64,000 bases of DNA. It comes from Paraspadella gotoi. Its lineage: Eukaryota; Animalia; Chaetognatha. The position numbers and the translations under genes were made by a program. Below are positions 1 to 9,500 of the stretch, one piece after another. The DNA lies in the NCBI GenBank assembly GCA_051294375.1, contig CM119270.1, forward strand, positions 8,419,213 through 8,483,212. The letters run 5' to 3'. The notes under the pieces were generated by a model. The model made no database searches. It saw only the letters and a list, made by a program, of their open reading frames with translations, and was not told the origin of the DNA. Position 1 is the stretch's first letter. Each line of letters begins with the position of its first letter.

Positions 1-319
1 GGGTTGACTTCGGGTCGCCAGAACTTCTCTTCGAAAAAGTCAAAGGTAGTGAGTATTATTACCGAAGTGAAAAACTTTTTTTTTTACATCTAAATAGAAT
101 AAATAGGACGCTGAAATAGGACAACATGGCGACGACTATAACAACATAAATGCCACGGAAAAAGAAACAGAGAAAGAAGAAGAAAAGAAAAATTCTATAA
201 ATGATTGAAGGCAAGACGGTTTTCGCTTGGGATAAAAATTTATATTTTGTAATCAATGAAAAAATAAAAAAATATAAACAATGTATCTCTCGATTATCCA
301 GAAAGTTGACCCTCGCGAT

Positions 320-3300
320 ATGCTGATTGTGCGGCGCCGATTTTTGTCTTTATTGCTTCCTTCTCTGAAGCGTCGTCACAGAGCGGATGGCGTCCAAAGA
401 TGGCGCCGTATTTCGACGACGCCACGCCGACTCACGCTATTTAAGTCGGAATGGAACTTCGATTTGACCAACGACGATTTCTTTACCTACATCATGGGAA
501 ATATACACCCTGACTTGGCCGAGCAAGATGCTATCATAGATGGCGTCTCCGGAAAAACCTTCACGTCAGGCTGCGTTCACTTTTATTTGTTTTTTGTTAA
601 CTATTTTTATTTCGATAGTTAATCACGATTAAATATTCTACTGATGAAACATGTCATCCTCCTTATTAATATTTTTAAGCTCGAGAACAAGTTAATGTTT
701 TTTGCAACAAAGAATTACCCAAATTTAATTTTAAAAGCAAACCCTATCGTCAGATACGCAGAGCTCCATGAGAAGAGCAAAAACATTGGCTATTCGATGA
801 TGAAGCGCGGATACAGGAAAAACGACGTGGTCGCCATTCACTCACCCAACTTACCAGAATACCTCATGACGGTTTTAGGTCAGTTCGATGTAACTATAAA
901 TAGAGAGAAAACAAGCAGTCGGAGCGGCATTTCTTTTAAAAAGTTTAAACCTCATAAACGTAAAAACACGGAACGGTTATTTCAAGGGGTTAGTTTATAA
1001 GATTTCTTTAAAAACAAAAGGCGACGCCAGTAGTCGCTTAGATTTGATTTTAAACAAATGAGCAACTACCTATAGGCAAGTTTTAGCGTTTTATAAGCGT
1101 TTATAAGCGTGGGACAGACCGACGGACCGACCGACCGAAAAGTGACTTATTGAGTTGTTCCGCGAGTACTCGCGGCGCAACTAAAAACGCGCCACTTTAT
1201 GTCAGACAAATCTTTTTTTCTCATATCTATGAAATTGGTACAACCAATATAAAAATTATCCATTCATTTAATAAATAAGCTATCTTGCCCCTGACTTTGG
1301 ACAGGCTTTGGTGGTTTAAGGCCTCCATCACTCTTACAAGATAATGACATAGCAGGTCACTGCAAGCTTTCAATCAAGACTCTCTCACAGTCTCGTTTAT
1401 TCACTCCCAGAGTACCTGGCTTCCCTATCAATGAAGTGGTATAATATTTCAAAGAATGTTTCAATTGTATGAAAAGACCACTCCCTTACTTGTTACTATG
1501 TTACTATGTTACACTATGTTACTATGTTACACTATGTTACTTGTAATAGATTAGAAAAGAAACAAAATTGTACTAGACATCTGGAGGTATAGCCGCACAA
1601 CTTGATTGATCCAGATCATTAAATAATTATTTTAAATTTATTTTTAAAAAAATATTCTGAAGCTTTTAAAGAAAATTGGATATTTTCCTTGATGCTTTGG
1701 AACACTAAAGTAAAATAAATCATATCTCTTGACCAATTGTGATATAATTTATACCCATAACTTAAAAAAAAAATTATTTTTAATTTTTAAAAATATTCTT
1801 ATGGAGCGTCTGTAATTTAAAGAAATAAAGTGAGGCTTTTTTTCACACATGAGTGCACTTCATCTTGTCTCCCACAGGGTGCGCCTACGCTGGTCTCGCT
1901 GTTACTCTCGTCAATCCGATGAACACCGTCGCCGAAGTTGTTCGTCAACTCGACGAAACTAAGACGAAGGTCAGAGGATCGATTGGCCATTAACCAATCA
2001 TTAGGAATTGATTTTCTTTCGCTCCTGGGCGACTCGATCACCGCCACCCTTCAATTCCACAGGCTTTGTTCGTCTTCCCTAAATTTGGCAAAATCGCGTT
2101 CGAGGCCAAGGAATCCGTCCACTCGGTCAGGGACGTCATATTTTTTGGTGAGAGGATTTTAACGTAACCTGACGCAATGACTTAATTAGAACCTAACAAC
2201 TATCGATTACAGGGGCTCCCTACGTCGCTGCTCCGGCTCTCAAAGTGTACTTGAACTTATTTCATAACGAGGAAACTTGTTGGCTAATTAAAGATCTCAT
2301 TGATGTTGGTTCCAAGGGCAATCAGAGATTTCTTGGTTGTCCCTGGGGAATAGAACTACCCAAATATAACACGGAGAAAGATATCTTTCTTCTGCCCTAT
2401 TCGTCAGGTTTGTTTTTCTTGTTTTTCTTACTACGAAATTGGAAAAAAAAAAATCTTTAAATCCGAAATTTTATCAGACGCTAAAAATTTTTTTTTTAAA
2501 AATATACTAAAATGTGTAAAAAAATAGTTCGAGCTTTCCTTCAGGCACGACAGGCCTTCCCAAAGGGGTCGTCCACACCCACAAGACCGTTTTAGCTTAC
2601 ATCGATCAAGTTGTCAAATGCCCCAAAATGTCGGGTCTCGTGCGTTCCGGAAATCGGCTTCTCCTCCTCCTTCCGATGTTCCACAACTTTGGCTTCAACG
2701 TGGCCTTCGCCGGAGTCGCAAGCGGCTCGACGATCATCACCAATCCTCTCTTCAACAAGAAGCTTCTGCTCAGATCGATTCAAAACTACAAATTGGAAAG
2801 TCTGCCTTTCGTGCCTCCCTTGGTTAAATTTCTTGCGACGGAACCTCTCGTCTCCGAATACGACATGTCGAGCGTCCAGGTGATTCTCTCCGGCGGCGCG
2901 CCTCTTTCGTTGGACACGGCAAAAGCCCTCGTCGAAAGATTTCCACACATTCAGGTGCGAAATGTGTCAGATTAATTTTAATGCTTAAATTAATATAACG
3001 ACTGGTCACTGCTCAGTGGTCAATCCTTCTATTTATTTCTGAACAATAAAGGACTTGTTAGGTTTTGATATTTTTTTTTCCTAACAATAATAAGTGAACG
3101 AAAAAAGAATTAACATATATTCATACATGAATTATCTGTTAATTCGCAGATGCGTCAAGGCTGGGGCATGACCGAAGGGCTGATCTCCGCCTCCGTCGGT
3201 CTCGTCAACTACGAGGCGCCGCTCAACACCCTCGGCTACCTCTTCCCCAACGTCTCGGCCAAAATCTTTGATCTCGAAAGCGGGGAAGAACTCGGAAAAA

Positions 3301-4566
3301 ATCAGGTGGAGCTTCTGATAGAAATGATTAGATTAAACTAGGATCTGATTCGATTTGGAAAGATTGGAAATGTAAAAGTGAAATGCGTTTGCAGGGTATT
3401 AAATGAAGAAAGTAACAAGAGAGATAAATTTGCAGTTTACGAAAAATATATTGGGAGAGTCAGATTAAGATTATGATGAAAATGGGAAAATATATATATG
3501 AAATTGGTACAACCAATATAAAAATTATCCATTCATTTAATAAATAAGCTATCTTGCCCCTGAATTTGGACATATATATATATATATCTATTAGTTTCTC
3601 TCTCTTAGTCGGGCGAGTTTGTGGTCAAAACCCCTTCGGCATTGGTGGAATATCTCAACAACCCGGAAGAGACGGCAAATGCCTTTAGGGAGATAGACGG
3701 AGAGAAGTGGCTCATCACTGGAGACGTTGGTTACTTCGACGACAACGAATTTATTTTTCTCGTCGATCGGATAAAAGAGATGATCAAATACAAGGGTCAT
3801 CAGGTAGATTACGATGTTTATCCATTGTTTACAAATACAAACTAATTGTGAGTTTACCTTTTAAGAGTTTTAAGTTTAAACACTAAATATCTCCTTTAAT
3901 AGCAAATGATGATGTTCTAAATTTTTCTCTAAAATATTTTTGCTTTATATTTCAGTCGGTTATTTTAAATATCGATCGCTAAATAAGTTTAAAAATCTGT
4001 TGACCCGATTTCAGATGTCACCCGTTGAGATCGAAAACACTATCATGGCGATGGAAGGTGTGGCGGATGCTGCTGTAGCGGGAGTTCCCGCCGGTGACGA
4101 TGGCGAACTTCCGGTGGCATTTGTTGTCAAAAAGAAAGACGCGAACGTCACAAAGTCTCTGGTGATTTATTTATTTCTAAAGAGATTATATTTTAATTAT
4201 TTTTTTTTGCGCCGTCCTATCTCTACGTCATCTATAAATTTCGTTCATATGAAATCCAAATCGCAATCTTTAACTAACCAGTCGGCAGTCGGCCATCTTC
4301 CGATTCTGTCAAGATTCTTTTTTGACATAAATTTATTTATTCGTTTATACTTAACTTTATATAATTCTTTTGTCATTACCCTGAATTTGCGGCTTTTTTC
4401 CTCGTAGGTTTCCGCGTACATTCGCGAGAATATGGCGCACCAAAATCATCTCCGAGGCGGCGTTTATTTCATCGACGAGATTCCCCGGTCCATCGCGGGA
4501 AAGATCCAGCGGATTCAATTGAAGGCAATGGCGAAAGAACTTGAGGGGAAAAAAGATGAAACATAA
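320..4566 (+). CDS. Luciferase-like / 4-coumarate-CoA ligase-like acyl-CoA synthetase (ANL adenylate-forming superfamily), 10 coding exons, ~602 aa
   Basis: Exons 320-564, 754-878, 1878-1969, 2063-2147, 2213-2407, 2545-2954, 3150-3305, 3609-3803, 4015-4161, 4408-4566. All introns GT-AG; total 1809 nt, in frame. Motifs: LPYSSGTTGLPKGV (AMP-binding P-loop), PMFHNFG, SGGAPL, QGWGMTE, TGDVGY, DRIKEMIKYKGHQ, GELPVAFVV, LRGGV, IPRSIAGKI (catalytic Lys). Start taken as ATG 320 after an acceptor-like CAG at 299-301. Confidence 0.92.
1011..1187 (-). mobile_element. Non-autonomous Helentron/DINE-1-like (HINE) element in intron 2 of the acyl-CoA synthetase
   Basis: On the minus strand: TTTTTAGTTGC start, perfect palindrome CCGCGAGTACTCGCGG, (GGTC/GTCG)n microsatellite, inverted subterminal GCGACTA and a 3' stem-loop GCGAC-N7-GTCGC, in T-rich flanks. 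Confidence 0.5.
1228..1475 (+). repeat. Dispersed interspersed-repeat family (unclassified)
   Basis: TATGAAATTGGTACAACCAATATAAAAATTATCCATTCATTTAATAAATAAGCTATCTTGCCCCTGA recurs near-identically at ~3497-3570, partly at ~48997-49094, and as reverse-complement pieces at ~27990-28166. Confidence 0.75.
1486..1543. repeat. Short tandem repeat TGTTAC(AC)TA
   Basis: About 7 units of 8-10 bp, directly visible. Confidence 0.8.
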
Positions 4567-4952
4567 ATCATTAAAAGTTATATTTCTTAAAAAGTTTTAT
4601 GATGCGAATGTGAATATATGAATGATAATGAAATAATTTCGTAACCTATAAATAATGCCAGTCGCCCAAAATGAATTTTTATTTTTTCATCAAGTACTTT
4701 ACTTTATAATGTAAAAACTGTGTAATCAAAACATAATCGTTTACTAAATTCAATTATTTTTTAATGAATAATCAGGTACAAATTACAAACTAAAAATTAA
4801 TAATTCGAGTTATTGTAAATTAAGAAAAAAACACATTTGTTTGCGCCTAATCTTTTGTTTTAAAAGCAAAGAGCTTTTAGCCAGACCTCTTTGCCATCTG
4901 TTGTTTCCCATTAAAAACCTTTTTATTCAATTCACAAAACGGTTTTTCTTCG

Positions 4953-5035
4953 CCAATGAGATTTTCGATATTATTTACACCCGAACCAATCAGGACGCAG
5001 CGTAGATCATATGATTCGATTGCCGCCAATTTGAA
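4953..5035 (+). promoter_or_regulatory. Putative G2/M cell-cycle promoter: CCAAT boxes plus CDE/CHR-like element
   Basis: CCAAT at 4953 and 4986 (33-bp spacing) and at 5026. GC-rich TGCCG (5021-5025), a 4-nt spacer, then TTTGAA (5030-5035). This is the architecture known for NF-Y/DREAM-MMB targets such as vertebrate KIF23. Confidence 0.55.
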
Positions 5036-5215
5036 AATCCGTTTTGGACACATTTTCGCTGTTTAATTAATTATCGCTCACACTGACTCAATTAATATAT
5101 CTTTTAATGATTTCCATAGCTCGCCTTTACTTTTCGATGCTGTCGGAATCCCTAGAAAATGTCGTTTTAACGAGAGCCTGTATGAAATTAAATTAATTTC
5201 TAAAGTCAATAGATA

Positions 5216-6133
5216 ATGTCTTTGATAAGGCTCCGATCCATTCCGAAAACGTTTTGGCCACAGCGTTTCAGTTTTTCGTCTGTTAAAGTTTGCTGTTCAG
5301 AGGCAGAATTCTCTTTCGGCGTCGTCACTCTCAATCGATATGCTGGAAAGTTTTCGAATTCAGTCGTTCCCTCCAGAACTGAACAGAATACCTGGTCTTC
5401 AAATGACGCGAACGTCAACGCGGGTGGCGTCGCTGATTCCATGAAAAAGTCTGATCCCGAGAAGAATCCCCTCAAGACGAAGATTTACTGGGATTTGTGG
5501 TTCGAAAAGGAGTATACCACGGGGCCCTCTGGTTCCGGTGTACAGCCGAAGACGACGAATTCCGCTCCTAAAACACCATCTAGCAACGCGGATGATAAAT
5601 CTAACAACGCTCGTCGCGACGACGATCAGGATGACGACGGAAATTTTGATGACCTCGACGAAAGTCGTCGTGGGTTGGCGCTGCTGCCGTTGGGATCGGT
5701 GATTGTCGTTTACTCTTTGTATTCTCTTTTATGGAGGTTGTGGCCGGAAAAACCTGATCATCTGTCGAAAAGGACATCTGCTTCGCATTCTACGGAAAAT
5801 GCTACTCTCCAAGCTACGGGGAGAGTTGTCAATCGCCCGGCAACGACGACCGGTCCTCCAAAATCCCCCGATGCTGCTTCTCTGGTGAACCCGCCGGTCG
5901 GTATTCACATGGCGCCCCCAGTTTTGCTTCCGGTTGCTCCTTCGGTCCCCGTTCCTGAGAATAAAAGTTCCGTTAGCACGCCCGTCGTCGCACGCGATAT
6001 TGATAAGTCTGCCGTAGGTCCCTTCGTTCCCGTTAAAGGTTCTGTCGTTTCACCTACTGAAACCTCAAATAAGCAATTAGAAAGGCCGATTGAAGGGAAG
6101 GTCTCCGAGGAAAAAGTTAGTAAAGGCCGCTAA
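5216..6133 (+). CDS. Orphan intronless protein (305 aa): basic/hydroxylated N-terminus, acidic linker, one hydrophobic TM segment, Pro/Ser/Thr/Val-rich tail
   Basis: A 918-nt open frame with clearly higher GC than the AT-rich flanks. N-terminus MSLIRLRSIPKTFWPQRFSFSSVK lacks acidic residues. TM-like segment GLALLPLGSVIVVYSLYSLLW. AATAAA at 6345-6350. No family recognised. Confidence 0.65.
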   Translation: MSLIRLRSIPKTFWPQRFSFSSVKVCCSEAEFSFGVVTLNRYAGKFSNSVVPSRTEQNTWSSNDANVNAGGVADSMKKSDPEKNPLKTKIYWDLWFEKEYTTGPSGSGVQPKTTNSAPKTPSSNADDKSNNARRDDDQDDDGNFDDLDESRRGLALLPLGSVIVVYSLYSLLWRLWPEKPDHLSKRTSASHSTENATLQATGRVVNRPATTTGPPKSPDAASLVNPPVGIHMAPPVLLPVAPSVPVPENKSSVSTPVVARDIDKSAVGPFVPVKGSVVSPTETSNKQLERPIEGKVSEEKVSKGR

Positions 6134-6536
6134 TAACTTTTGTCACTTGATTTTGATTTTCTGAAGTATGTTGCCTTTGAGTGCGAGATGTGTGTTTAGA
6201 AAATTTGCTTTTTCAACTACAATCCTGCCGATTTTTTTTTTTCTAGTTTCTAGTTTAAAGTTTAACTAAAAATGAAAACAATATGGCGAAATCACTCGGA
6301 CAAAAGAAAAATATGAAAAACTTTATGAAAAAATCATAATAGTGAATAAATGCGGAAGACGATTTTCCAAAGTGAAGTTTCTGCTATCATCTTAAAATCT
6401 ACTGGTTAGTGAATTACTCTTGTTATGCCTTTTTCATGCCCTTTTCATTAAAATTAAAGTTATAACTAATTTTTTTTGTAGTTCCTCGAGCAAGACGTGC
6501 TCTCCCAAATTTCTCAATCAAAACCCGTGGCTCATA

Positions 6537-9500
6537 ATGGTTCACCCTGGAAGTCGCCCGGCGGTCACGCCCGCCAGGACGCCGAAAAAATCCAAACGCC
6601 GCCACTCTGACGTCAAGGATCCCGTCGAGGTGCTGTGTCGAGTGCGACCTCTTCCTTCCGGAGTCGAAGAATCATGCATCCGCGTCATCGACGAAAAGAC
6701 TGTGCTGTTGCATCCGCCTGAGCAATCCAGAGCTTGGATCAGCAGCAAAGAGCTCCAATACACTTTTAACAAGGTCAGAAAAATTATTTTCTTTTTTTAG
6801 AAAATATTTACGTAAATTGGACGCAACTTGTTCGTCCACATCTTTTATATTTCTCGATAGTTATGAAGACTGACTTAATTTTTTATCAGGTTTTCGAGGA
6901 AACCATTGGTCAAACGTCGCTTTTCCGAACCGTCGGTCTCCCCCTAGTCGATGACCTCATAAGAGGAAAGAACGGACTTCTCTTTACATACGGCATCACA
7001 GGCGAGTTTAAGTTGTGATAGTAAAGTTCGTTTTCGTTATAGATGGATCAGGGAATGAATAACTAATTTATTCGAGCCGACTTCTTCTTTGCTCAGGTTC
7101 TGGCAAAACCTACACCGTGACCGGGACTCCCCAGGATGGCGGACTACTTCCACGCAGCCTTGATGTCATTTTCAATTCCATCGGAGATTTTCAGGTGTCG
7201 ACGAAAATGGAATTAAGTCAACTTTGTTTAGGAAATCTTGAAAGTTTTACTATATTAACATCAGGCAAAAAAGTACGTGTTCAAGCCAGACCGTCAAAAC
7301 GGGTTTGACATCCAGTCGGAAGTGGACGCCATGTTGGAAAGACAGCAGCGAGACATCATGCCGACTTCCAATAACCACCACAAACTATTCAATGGAGCGA
7401 AGGAGGCCGAGCATCTTTGCGCCGGTTTGAAAATATTTTTTATTTGTGTTTAAACTTCGTATTTTAGATCTTTTATAATTTTTTTTCCGCCCCTTTTCAC
7501 AGGCCGTGTCCCCGATCCCACTCGTCTTGAGGAAATCGATGAGGACAATGCCTACGCGGTCTTCGTCTCCTATTGCGAGATCTACAACAACTACGTTTAC
7601 GATCTGCTGGAGGAGCCGCAGCAGGACCAGTTCGGCAGGAACAAGCCCCCGCAGACCAAGAAATTGAGGGAAGACGCCGCCAAGGTGTCACGAATAGTTT
7701 GAGAAGGGAGATTTTTTTAGACAAAGGCTTGGTCTTCGGGAAAGGTTTAATCGTGCTTCTTTTTCAGGTAATGTACGTGGAAAACTTGCTCGAGGTAGAA
7801 GTGAAATCGACGGAAGAGGCCTACGAGGTTTTGCTGCGCGGAGACAAAAATCGTCGAAAGGCGCAGACGGTTCTTAACCACGAGTCATCCAGGAGCCACT
7901 CTGTCTTCAACATCCGGCTCGCGCAGGTACAGTATAGTAGAGGATAATGTACTGTTAAAATGTGGTGGGGAATAAAACTGCCGTAGGTCAATGGGTCATC
8001 ACTTTAAACGTTTTTTTTTAATTTTAATATACACATTTAACTCAAACCGTTGAGGCATTTCTGTTTAATTTTTCAATAAATAGCTATCCAAAAAGCATTA
8101 GGAGAATAACTTTGTTTTACCAGAGAGAATTCTTTATTTTTGTTAAAATTTAATATTTTTCCCAGTTATAAAATTTAAAATCGGTTTCTCGGAACGCTTT
8201 GAATTTTAAAAGCTGCTGTAAAAAATCCGATAACTCAAGCGGAAAAATAGCGAATTTGTGCTGATCCGTTACGATCTTTTGCATATGCTAATGTGCGCTC
8301 GATAGCGCCTGCGTCCAGGGATTAATTATTTTTTCTCTCGCCATTCTCTATCGTATTATCTTCTCTCTCCTTCTATTAACTTTTCGCTTTCCACCCGATT
8401 GCTTTACCTCTTTTCTATCACTCTTGAACACTTAAACTACCGTTCTGTGACGGTCTATTCACACCGCCTCACATCCACCATCGTTCAGCCAAATCCCACT
8501 GGATCAGAGGGGGAACGCACCATGCCAAGCGGTCCGTTCCATCCACAGTCCTAACGACTTCCCTCTGTGTTGGCAAAGCGAGACCGTCCTAGGGTAACCT
8601 CGCCAGTGACTGGAGGCGTCACTGAGGGTAGGAAACCCCCAAGGTCATCAGTGTGATGCCCCATCCCAATCGGCATCACAGGCAACCCGGCTGTTGCCAT
8701 AGTTCCTCCTTTTAATCTTCTTTCTCTTTACAACGCATCGTTCTTTTTTAATTTCGTCATTCTTCCTCACGATAATCTAGGCACCCCTTGACCCAGCGGG
8801 TGAGGAAGTTCTCATGGAGAAAAGTCAAGTGTGCGTATCTCAGTTGTCACTGGTGGATTTGGCGGGGAGCGAGCGGCAGGACCGGACGAAGAGTGCTGGG
8901 GACAGGCTCAAGGTGAAGTAGTCGGGCATCTGAGAAAGTTGTAAACGTGAAGAGAGCGTTTTTAAATCGGAGAAGCGATTTTTAAACATTTTTGATACTT
9001 TTAAAAAATTTCAGAAGTAGGTGACAATTTTTTATATTGACTTTGTTTCAAATTTAATAAAAATTATTAGAAAGAGCCGGCTAAATCATTTGTCAATTTT
9101 GTTAATATTTTTTATACATTCCCATAATGAATTTAAATTTAATGTTTGGTCAGTGGGCACTAATTACGTAATAGATACGTTGAGACTACTTGTATATCAT
9201 TTACTACTTTACAATTCCTGGTGCGGAATGAAGCGTTTTGATGTAGCCGGTTACCCAGCCGTAAGATGCAGTACTTCTAATTTAGTATTTCTAATTCACA
9301 CTTGTTTTTTTTTTTCAGGAAGCCGGTCAAATCAACAACTCTCTGATGACGCTACGTACGTGCATCGAAATTTTACGCGACAACCAGCGATCGGGCGCGT
9401 CTCGCATGGTTCCTTATCGTGACTCTCGCGTCACCCACCTCTTCAAAAATTTTTTCGACGGTGAGGAAATAAATGGGATATTTATTTATTTATTATCAGC

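Noticed and set aside
5216-6773. In-frame fusion of the orphan ORF to KIF23 (membrane-anchored kinesin)
   Set aside because: Needs a phase-2 donor into 6482; the plausible donors near the ORF end (6039, 6101, 6116, 6120) are phase 0 or 1.
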